DNA from: Bacteroidota bacterium | Lineage (GTDB): Bacteria; Bacteroidota; Bacteroidia; M30B66 | Assembly (NCBI GenBank): GCA_027490225.1 | Contig: JAIXYK010000057.1 | Coordinates: forward strand, 13,015 to 77,014 | Direction of reading: 5' to 3' | Length of the DNA stretch: 64,000 nt | Notes under the pieces: generated by a model | What the model saw: the letters and a program-made list of their open reading frames with translations, nothing else | What the model was told of the DNA's origin: nothing | The model's database searches: none | Made by a program: the position numbers and the translations under genes | Shown here: positions 56,670 to 64,000 of the stretch, in pieces | How the letters are laid out: every line of letters begins with the position of its first letter | Numbering within the stretch: position 1 is the stretch's first letter

Positions 56670-57542
56670 TTACCTCGCTATTTTGGAAGGAGAAATACCG
56701 AAATAGTTTTTAAATGCTTTGCTAAAGCTTGGTAAATCAGCGAAATTTAATTTTAAGGCAATGGTTTCTAATGCGTATTTATTTTCGAAAATTAATTCTT
56801 TGGCGCGGAGCAATCTTAAATGCATTAAATATTGATAGGGTGTTTGCTGATAGATTTGTTTGAAATAGCGTATTAAATCGAATTTTGTAAGTGCTGAATT
56901 TTCTGCAATTAAATCTAGGTTAATTTCATCTTTAAAATTTAATTCTATGAAGTTTTTTGCTTTTTCTATGCGATGAAATATCTCGCTTTTGGTACTTTTT
57001 TTAATGCGCTCTATTCTTACTAATTTCGTATTTAATTGTAATTGAATATTGCAAACTTCCTGTGCCATAAGCTGAAGTTTTTCGGCAATTATTTCAGGTG
57101 AATTAAAATGTTGAATGATTGAATTTACAGTACTTTGAACGGTTGTATTGGCCTCAATACTTTGATATACATTGAGGTCGTGCACCAAATTAATGGCGCG
57201 CATATTTTCACTTAAATCATTTGAAAAAATAAGGTTGTTAAATGCAGCATTTATTAAATCATTGCTCAATTGAATGCATAAAGACTCTACTGGCGTAGGA
57301 TTTGAGAATTTTGCATCAATTGTTAAATCGGGTGGAGTAATGATGAATTTTCCTGATTCAACTTTATATTGATTATTATTGATATAATATTTTTCGTAGC
57401 CCGAAATGGTGTATTTTAAACTAAGGGAATCGGCTTGCAAGCGACCATCATAATTCGTTAAGGCAGAATAAATAATTGAATTATCTCCTTTACCTTTAAT
57501 TTTTTCGGTAGAATGATCGTATAACTTAATTGTTTCTATCAT
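56670..57542 (-). CDS. AraC family transcriptional regulator
   Basis: C-terminal double-HTH AraC domain (LIRYFKQIYQQTPYQYLMHLRLLRAKELI...SFSKAFKNYFGISPS). Start set at the ATG that forms an ATGA overlap with the upstream gene's stop; the ORF is open from 57581. Confidence 0.7.
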   Translation of the reverse strand: MIETIKLYDHSTEKIKGKGDNSIIYSALTNYDGRLQADSLSLKYTISGYEKYYINNNQYKVESGKFIITPPDLTIDAKFSNPTPVESLCIQLSNDLINAAFNNLIFSNDLSENMRAINLVHDLNVYQSIEANTTVQSTVNSIIQHFNSPEIIAEKLQLMAQEVCNIQLQLNTKLVRIERIKKSTKSEIFHRIEKAKNFIELNFKDEINLDLIAENSALTKFDLIRYFKQIYQQTPYQYLMHLRLLRAKELIFENKYALETIALKLNFADLPSFSKAFKNYFGISPSKIAR

Positions 57543-58795
57543 TTTTTCATAGATTTTCCTGCAACAAAGCCCGATGACCAAGCGTGTTGAAAATTAAAAC
57601 CACCTGTGATTCCATCCACATCTAATACTTCGCCAGCAAAATAAAGGTTCGGAATTTTTTTGGACATACAGGTATTGCTATCTATTTCGCTCAATTTTAC
57701 GCCTCCACAAGTTACAAATTCTTCTTTAAAGGTTGTTTTGCCTTGAATTTCAAACAAATCGGCTGAAATTGCTTCCACCAGTAAATTGAGTTTTTTGGAA
57801 GAAATATCGGCCCATTTTAAGTTCGCATCAATTTGAGATTTGTTGCATAAATGTTCCCATAAACGCGCTGGAATGCCATCGAACACGCGTGAATGTACTG
57901 CTCTTTTAGCATTCGAAATTCTCTGTTTTTCGAGCCATTCCCTGATTTCATCTTGCGTTAAATCGGGCAACCAGTGCACACGAATGTTGAAGTGGTAATT
58001 CATTTCGGCCAATTTTCTGGCGCCCCAAGCAGAACACCTTAATATGGCAGGTCCGCTGAAACCCCAATGTGTAATGAGAATTGGGCCCGTTTCTTCGAGT
58101 TTGGTACCATCTATTCTTACCCGCGCATTTTCCACTGAAAGTCCCATGAGGGAAACCATGCTGTGATTTTTTACATTGAAGGTAAATAAACTTGGAACGG
58201 GCGTTTCTATTGCGAAACCCAATTTACTTAACCAGTCGAAACCTTCTTTTTTAGGATGACCGCCCGTTGTGATAAGTAATTTTTTGCACCTCAGTTTTTC
58301 CTCATTTACAGTAAGTTCGAAATACTTTTCGGTGGGTAAAATATCAGTTACGGTGGCGTGTTGCTTGATTTCAATCTTGTTATTTTCAAATTCCTGCATG
58401 AGGCAATTGATAATGCTGATAGATTGGTCGGTCTGCGGGAACATTCTGCCATCGGCTTCATTTTTCAAGGGTACACCGCGCGATTCGAACCAATTGATGG
58501 TGTCTTGCGGGCCGAATTGAAATAATAACTTAAATAAATGCTGTTTGCCTCGCGGATATTGTGCCGAGAAGTTTTTCAAATCGAATAGATGATGGGTAAC
58601 GTTGCAGCGCCCTCCGCCCGAAATTTTAACTTTTGCAAGGCAGTTTCCGGTCTTCTCTATTAATAGTATTTTCTCTAATTGTGCTTCGTTTGCAGCCGTA
58701 ATTGCTCCAAAAAAACCTGCTGCACCACCGCCAATAACTATTAAATCGTAAACAAACACGCCTATTAATTTTACCTGCAATATTAACAATTCCAA
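57539..58795 (-). CDS. HI0933-like FAD-dependent oxidoreductase (BaiN/aminoacetone-oxidase family flavoprotein)
   Basis: N-terminal dinucleotide-binding YDLIVIGGGAAGFFGAITAA. KISGGGRCNVTH motif. ~410 aa. Confidence 0.75.
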   Translation of the reverse strand: MELLILQVKLIGVFVYDLIVIGGGAAGFFGAITAANEAQLEKILLIEKTGNCLAKVKISGGGRCNVTHHLFDLKNFSAQYPRGKQHLFKLLFQFGPQDTINWFESRGVPLKNEADGRMFPQTDQSISIINCLMQEFENNKIEIKQHATVTDILPTEKYFELTVNEEKLRCKKLLITTGGHPKKEGFDWLSKLGFAIETPVPSLFTFNVKNHSMVSLMGLSVENARVRIDGTKLEETGPILITHWGFSGPAILRCSAWGARKLAEMNYHFNIRVHWLPDLTQDEIREWLEKQRISNAKRAVHSRVFDGIPARLWEHLCNKSQIDANLKWADISSKKLNLLVEAISADLFEIQGKTTFKEEFVTCGGVKLSEIDSNTCMSKKIPNLYFAGEVLDVDGITGGFNFQHAWSSGFVAGKSMKK

Positions 58796-58906
58796 TAGAA
58801 ATCAGCAGAAAACATATTTAGCCGTTTATCAAATAAAATTTCTTTTAGATTTCTCTTTTCTCAACGCGAATTTTCATTAGGTTTGCGCCTCAATTTGAAA
58901 CACACT

Positions 58907-59788
58907 ATGAGCGTACTAGTAAATAAAGATAGCAGAATAATTGTACAAGGTTTTACGGGCACTGAAGGCACATTTCATGCAAGTCAAATGATTGAATACG
59001 GAACCAATGTTGTGGGCGGTGTTACGCCGGGCAAAGGTGGTTCTCAGCATTTAGACCGTCCTGTTTTTAATACTGTGCAAGATGCTGTTACGGCTACAAA
59101 AGCAAACGTATCCATTATTTTTGTTCCGCCTGCATTCGCTGCAGATGCAATTATGGAAGCTGCAGATGCTGGTATTGCTGTTATTGTGTGTATTACAGAA
59201 GGCATTCCTGTGAAAGATATGATAGTTGCCAAAGAATATTTGAATGGTAAAAATGTGCGTTTGATTGGACCAAATTGCCCAGGAATTATTACTCCAAACG
59301 AAGCTAAAGTGGGCATTATGCCAGGCTTTGTGTTTAAGAAAGGAAGAATTGGAATTGTTTCTAAATCGGGAACTTTAACATACGAAGCTGCTGACCAGGT
59401 TGTGAAAGCTGGAATGGGCGTTTCTACTGCGATTGGAATTGGTGGTGACCCAATAATTGGCACCACAACTTTAGAAGCAGTGAAGTTATTGATGGAAGAT
59501 CCAGAAACTGATGGAATTGTGATGATTGGTGAAATTGGTGGTAACCTAGAAGCTGATGCTGCAAGATGGATTAAGGTAAATGGAACTAAACCAGTAGTTG
59601 GCTTTATTGCAGGACAAACAGCGCCTCCGGGACGCCGTATGGGCCACGCAGGAGCAATTGTTGGTGGTGCGGAAGATACTGCAGCAGCGAAAATGAAAAT
59701 TATGGGCGAATGTGGTATTCACGTAGTTGCTTCTCCAGCTATTATTGGTAAAACGATGGCTGAAGTAATGAACGTTACAACTGCCTAA
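58907..59788 (+). CDS. sucD: succinate--CoA ligase [ADP-forming] subunit alpha
   Basis: [24 protein letters not shown]...; CoA-binding and phosphohistidine-loop motifs (GHAGAI). ORF is open from 58883. Confidence 0.9.
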   Translation: MSVLVNKDSRIIVQGFTGTEGTFHASQMIEYGTNVVGGVTPGKGGSQHLDRPVFNTVQDAVTATKANVSIIFVPPAFAADAIMEAADAGIAVIVCITEGIPVKDMIVAKEYLNGKNVRLIGPNCPGIITPNEAKVGIMPGFVFKKGRIGIVSKSGTLTYEAADQVVKAGMGVSTAIGIGGDPIIGTTTLEAVKLLMEDPETDGIVMIGEIGGNLEADAARWIKVNGTKPVVGFIAGQTAPPGRRMGHAGAIVGGAEDTAAAKMKIMGECGIHVVASPAIIGKTMAEVMNVTTA

Positions 59789-59800
59789 AAACTTGAATGT

Positions 59801-61147
59801 ATGTCGGCTGCATTAGACGCAATTTCTCCAATAGACGGTCGATATTACAGACATACTTCTGTTTTAAGAGGATATTTCTCTGAACAAGCCTTGTTTAAAT
59901 ACAGGGTGTTGGTAGAGATTGAGTATTTTATTGTGTTGTCCACTGTTGGCATTCAACAGTTTCCGCCCTTGTCTCAAAGTCAGCAAAAGAATTTGAGGGC
60001 GATTTATGCAACATTTTCTAGCGAAGATGCCGAAAAGATTAAGGAAATTGAAAAACGCACCAACCACGATATTAAGGCAGTTGAATATTTTATAAAAGAT
60101 AAAATTTCTGAAATCGGCTTAGGTCAATACAAAGAATGGGTGCATTTCGGATTGACTTCTCAGGATATTAATAACACAGCCATTCCGCTTTCCATCAAAG
60201 ACGCAACATTAGAAGTGTTGTTGCCTGAATTGGAGCAATTTACAGATAGTTTATACCAGCTGGCCATACAATGGAAGAACATTCCCATGTTGGCCCGCAC
60301 GCATGGACAAGCCGCTTCTCCAACAGGTTTAGGAAAAGAAATTTTTGTGTTTGTAGAACGCCTGCGCATTCAGATTGCACAGTTAAAAACAACGGTTTGG
60401 GCAGCTAAATTTGGAGGTGCAACCGGAAATTTCAATGCACACAATGTGGCATTTCCTCAGGTGGAATGGAAGGCATTTGCCACACATTTCGTTGCAGAGC
60501 TAGGTTTAACAAGAAGCGAAACCACTACACAAATAGAACATTACGATCATTTGGCAGGTTGGTGCCACCAGTTGATAAGAATACATACCATTTTGGTTGA
60601 TTTTTGTCGTGATGTGTGGACGTACATTTCGATGGATTACTTTAAGCAAAAAGTAACTGCCGGTGAAATTGGTTCCAGCGCAATGCCGCATAAGGTAAAC
60701 CCGATAGATTTCGAAAATGCAGAAGGAAACCTAGGAATTGCCAATGCCTTACTGGATTATTTCGCCTTAAAATTACCCATTTCGAGGTTGCAGCGCGATC
60801 TAACCGACTCAACTGTTTTACGCAACATTGGAGTTCCCATTGCGCACAGCGTTATTGCTTTAACATCTTTGAAAAAAGGAGTAGGGAAGCTGGTAGTAAA
60901 CGAAAAAGCCATTCAAGCCGACCTGCAAAAGAATGCAGTAGTAATTGCAGAAGCCATTCAAACGGTATTGCGCAGAGAAGCTTACCCAGAACCCTACGAA
61001 GCCTTGAAACAGCTTACCCGCGGAAAAGAAACCATCGATTTAGCATCCATTCAGGAGTTCATTAATAGCTTGGATATTTCTACCGAATTGAAAATGGAAT
61101 TGTTGGCGATAACTCCGGAGAATTATACGGGGGTGACGGGTTTTTAA
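59801..61147 (+). CDS. purB: adenylosuccinate lyase
   Basis: SPIDGRY N-terminus, fumarate-lyase signature (GSSAMPHKVNP), 448 aa. Confidence 0.9.
   Translation: MSAALDAISPIDGRYYRHTSVLRGYFSEQALFKYRVLVEIEYFIVLSTVGIQQFPPLSQSQQKNLRAIYATFSSEDAEKIKEIEKRTNHDIKAVEYFIKDKISEIGLGQYKEWVHFGLTSQDINNTAIPLSIKDATLEVLLPELEQFTDSLYQLAIQWKNIPMLARTHGQAASPTGLGKEIFVFVERLRIQIAQLKTTVWAAKFGGATGNFNAHNVAFPQVEWKAFATHFVAELGLTRSETTTQIEHYDHLAGWCHQLIRIHTILVDFCRDVWTYISMDYFKQKVTAGEIGSSAMPHKVNPIDFENAEGNLGIANALLDYFALKLPISRLQRDLTDSTVLRNIGVPIAHSVIALTSLKKGVGKLVVNEKAIQADLQKNAVVIAEAIQTVLRREAYPEPYEALKQLTRGKETIDLASIQEFINSLDISTELKMELLAITPENYTGVTGF
61097..61146 (+). repeat. direct repeat copy 1: the 3' end of purB
   Basis: ggaattgttggcgataactccggagaattatacgggggtgacgggttttta aligns with 62817..62866 (~40/48 identical). 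Confidence 0.7.
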
Positions 61148-61299
61148 TTTTTTAACCTTCACATATAGTTTGCGGCTTAACAGAAGTGTGGGAATGGTGA
61201 ACGAAATCCTTTAACTTAGCGAGAAGTTACAAATAAATCGAATTCTTCAAACTTCCCCAATGCCTAAATTTTAGTTAGCCGCTTTTAGCTGCTGGTAGT

Positions 61300-61686
61300 T
61301 TATCCCCAAATCTGCTTCACTTTGTAATTCTTAAACAACTTGTCGCGAGTTATAATAATTAATTCTTCCGATATAGCTTGGGCAATAATTAATCTATCAA
61401 ACGGATCATTATGATGTGAGGGTAATTTTGATAGCTGCAAAAGATGTTCGTAGTTTATTGGAATAATTTCTATTTGATTTCTGTCTATAAAATCGAATAA
61501 TTCTTTCAAAGAAAGTCCTAAATCTAATTTATTATTTTGAAGTTTTATTGTAATTTCCCATAAACTTGCCGCACTCAAAAAGCAAGACTCATCAATATTT
61601 CCTATTATGCGCTTTGCAGATTCGGGTAGTAGCTTGTCGCCAGAAACAAACCAAAGAAAGGCATGTGTGTCGAGAAGATAAGCCAT
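61300..61686 (-). CDS. vapC: type II toxin VapC (PIN-domain ribonuclease)
   Basis: MAYLLDTHAFLW N-terminus and acidic PIN residues; 128 aa. Confidence 0.7.
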   Translation of the reverse strand: MAYLLDTHAFLWFVSGDKLLPESAKRIIGNIDESCFLSAASLWEITIKLQNNKLDLGLSLKELFDFIDRNQIEIIPINYEHLLQLSKLPSHHNDPFDRLIIAQAISEELIIITRDKLFKNYKVKQIWG

Positions 61687-61889
61687 TAAATATAATCTTT
61701 GAACTCATCTAATGGTTCATCGAAATCTGGAGAAAGGATGATCTTACCCTTTGCAAACCCAAACTCACGAGCTTTTAGCTTTGGTTTTGACTTTGATTTA
61801 TTTTTCAAAAACTCAACAAAATTAGCTACTTCTGCCCGCAATTCTTTTGGTAAAGAGTTGATTTCAAGCTTTAATGTCGTATTTGTCAT
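61686..61889 (-). CDS. type II antitoxin (DUF2281/VapB-like)
   Basis: 67 aa. 1-nt overlap with vapC. C-terminal ...GKIILSPDFDEPLDEFKDYI is typical of DUF2281 antitoxins. Confidence 0.5.
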   Translation of the reverse strand: MTNTTLKLEINSLPKELRAEVANFVEFLKNKSKSKPKLKAREFGFAKGKIILSPDFDEPLDEFKDYI

Positions 61890-61982
61890 TCAACAAATTT
61901 AAAATAATATGATGATTTATCAAACTTTAATTTAGATGTTGATTGTGAAGCCCGTATGCAGCTTGCTAAGCGGAGGGCGTTA

Positions 61983-62288
61983 TTATCCAAACAACAAATT
62001 CACTCTTTTTCCAAGTCCAAATTCAAAAATTCTGTAAAGTGTGGATAGTTGAATGTCACATTTTCCGTTTTCAAGTCTAGAAATATAACTTTTTTTAGCT
62101 CCAACTTTTTCGGCAAGTTGTTCTTGTGTCATATTTGCCTCTTTACGAGCTTCTTTAAGAATCTCGCTGATAACAAAATATTGAGCCTTCTCTTCAAAAC
62201 TATCTCGTTTTTCAGCGCCAATTTTTCCGTATTTTATGTCTAACAACTCATCAAAGTTCTTAGCATTTCTGATTTTATCTTTGTCCAT
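61983..62288 (-). CDS. XRE-family helix-turn-helix transcriptional regulator (HigA-like antitoxin candidate)
   Basis: HTH MTQEQLAEKVGAKKSYISRLENGK; 101 aa. Confidence 0.7.
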   Translation of the reverse strand: MDKDKIRNAKNFDELLDIKYGKIGAEKRDSFEEKAQYFVISEILKEARKEANMTQEQLAEKVGAKKSYISRLENGKCDIQLSTLYRIFEFGLGKRVNLLFG

Positions 62289-62385
62289 TACTTTTTTAAT
62301 TCATTCATAAGTTTCGATGCCAAATCGATTTCCTTTTTTGCACGGTATTGGGTGGTGGGCACTATCAAATTTTTTAGTCCCAAAG

Positions 62386-62559
62386 CTAAGAATGAAGAAC
62401 TTTTGCTTTCTTTTTTATTGTCTCAGGTTTTTGCTTTTTATTTTTTGATTCGCTCTTATAATTACGAATAAAATCACTAATTTCTTTACGAGCATTGTCA
62501 GTCAACGGATCGCTTGATATTATAAAGTCAATTCCTTTCGGTTCTTTTATATGTCCCAT
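62386..62559 (-). CDS. hypothetical small basic protein (57 aa) upstream of the XRE gene
   Basis: Hand-translated minus-strand ORF MGHIKEPKGIDFIISSDPLTDNARKEISDFIRNYKSESKNKKQKPETIKKKAKVLHS. It is below the ORF-track length cut-off. Confidence 0.25.
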   Translation of the reverse strand: MGHIKEPKGIDFIISSDPLTDNARKEISDFIRNYKSESKNKKQKPETIKKKAKVLHS

Positions 62560-62816
62560 AATTTTTTTAAGATTTAAAATACTTGAAACCGCGGTATCAA
62601 AACTGCCGCCCGAAATTGTATTCAGAATTTAATTTGTTAAATTGTCTACAATGAAGTCGAGATTTATTTTTTTCCTTTTTTTCACATCGTAAGTTTACGA
62701 AAAATCTCTTTTCAATCTACCGTAATTTTTATTTATGTTGGTTGTTTTTGTGCCTTACGCCCAACTTAATATCAGAGATAATTTTCAAAAATCATATATA
62801 AAACCAGCAATAGGGA

Positions 62817-62866
62817 AGTTGTTGGCGATAACGCCAGAGAATTATATGGGGGAGACTTCGTTTTAA
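62817..62866 (+). repeat. direct repeat copy 2: degenerate duplicate of the purB 3' end
   Basis: ggaagttgttggcgataacgccagagaattatatgggggagacttcgttttaa would encode ...KLLAITPENYMGETSF* against purB ...ELLAITPENYTGVTGF*. Confidence 0.7.
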
Positions 62867-63023
62867 ATAGATTCCCTTTTTGCAATTGATTTTTATATTT
62901 ATTTGTAACGTTTTTTATGTAAAATGGCTATCTAAATTAATAAAGAAATAACCAGTAAAAAATTACGGTAATACTAATTTTTACAGTTAATTTTTGTAAT
63001 TTTTCGGTGCTAATTCAAGATGT

Positions 63024-63593
63024 ATGAAAAGAAGTTTGACAGTGCATTTTATTTTGATATGTGTATGTAGTTGCAGTTTGTTTGCACAGACGAGTATAGA
63101 CACAACTGGAATAAGGAACACGTTGGAAGAAATTCTAAACCGCGACCAAAAAACACGCACAGGAAAGGACTCTGCTGCTTTTATGCGTTATATAGACAGC
63201 ACAAACTTGGTGCAAGTTGAATTATTAATTGCAAAATACGGTTGGATGGGAAGGAGCTTTGTGGGAGATAGAGGCAACAGTGCATTGTTTTTTGTAATTC
63301 AGCATGCAGACTTAGCAACACAATTAAAATATGTTTCACTTTTAGAAAAGTCAGTTGAAGTGGGAGAATCCCGACCAAGCAATTTGGCGCTTTTGCAAGA
63401 CAGAATTTTAATGCGACAAGGCAAAAAGCAAATCTATGGTTCACAAGTAGTTTACAGCGAAACAGGAGAGCAAATATTTTATCAGATAGAAGATGAAAAG
63501 AATGTAAACATAAGAAGAGCCAAAATGGGAATGCAACCTTTAGAAGATTATGCTAAACTTTTTGGCATCGAATACAAGCTTCCTGAACAGTAA
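63024..63593 (+). CDS. hypothetical secreted protein
   Basis: Signal peptide (ILICVCSCSLFAQ), 189 aa, no recognised motif. Confidence 0.45.
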   Translation: MKRSLTVHFILICVCSCSLFAQTSIDTTGIRNTLEEILNRDQKTRTGKDSAAFMRYIDSTNLVQVELLIAKYGWMGRSFVGDRGNSALFFVIQHADLATQLKYVSLLEKSVEVGESRPSNLALLQDRILMRQGKKQIYGSQVVYSETGEQIFYQIEDEKNVNIRRAKMGMQPLEDYAKLFGIEYKLPEQ

Positions 63594-64000
63594 TTCACAA
63601 CGAAATGACTATAAAAGAAGTTAACATTTAATTGCGCTGAATTCGTTGAAATCATTGATAAGTTCAGTGAACTATGATTGTTTAATAGAGGAATTTTTTA
63701 GGTGAATTTTGATCAGTTCTAATAACCATAATATTGCAATCAATTTTTTCTTGCACAACTTCATTTAGTTCAAAATAGAACTCTGAGAAATGGTGCGCGT
63801 AAAAAATGATTTGTCTTTAAAAATCCACGCGACAAAGTTATCTCTAAAGTTATCAGTCATTAATTTTTTGTTTTGTTATTAATTTATGTTGAGTAAATTG
63901 TTAATAATAAAAAAGGTAATTATTAATGAATAAAGTAAGATGCCATAAGTTTGTCAATAATTGACAAGTCATATGAAAGAAACTTTTGGACATTATATTA

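Overview
This window reads as a Bacteroidota (Flavobacteriia/Cytophagia-like) chromosomal segment, AT-rich at roughly 35-40% GC, dominated by cell-surface and secreted proteins.

Gene content, 5' to 3':
- 1-6728: an ABC/ABC/HlyD/TolC/GNAT export operon. The window starts inside the first ABC gene. The second ABC subunit has an ATPase-dead nucleotide-binding domain.
- 6805-10359: a K/E-rich secreted protein, a KWG-repeat protein and an RsmH-like methyltransferase outside the dcw cluster.
- 10434-26718: a cluster of T9SS-sorted surface proteins. It includes a three-member paralog family with a shared about 230-aa N-terminal domain, a TonB-dependent receptor, a Fib_succ_major lipoprotein, cohesin-like modules and dockerin-like calcium-loop segments.
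- 27240-29869: tandem lipoproteins with cytochrome-c-like CX4CH/CXXCH motifs, followed by a YceI-like protein.
- 29898-30932: an acyltransferase-3 family membrane protein.
- 31119-38981: a 2620-aa SprB-repeat giant adhesin with a type-B T9SS C-terminal domain. Its 3' end overlaps the remnant of a 6-phosphogluconolactonase gene.
- 38891-39862: that lactonase-family pseudogene, interrupted by a single in-frame TAA.
- 40153-52023: small cytoplasmic proteins (SRPBCC, DJ-1/PfpI), a TetA-like MFS pump, two more T9SS cargo proteins and a PDZ/alpha-beta-hydrolase/BNR fusion hydrolase.
- 52-63 kb: a mosaic of small cassettes (VOC-family gene, MazEF, SAM-methyltransferase, VapBC plus XRE). Three are flanked by imperfect direct repeats; two of these repeats are degenerate copies of the 3' end of the upstream housekeeping gene (a beta-lactamase-like gene and purB). 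sucD and purB provide the core-genome context.

Nine T9SS cargo genes (8 type-A, 1 type-B) lie between 10.4 and 49.6 kb. I found no rRNA, tRNA or CRISPR. All domain and family calls are from reading the translations by eye and are unverified by any search.
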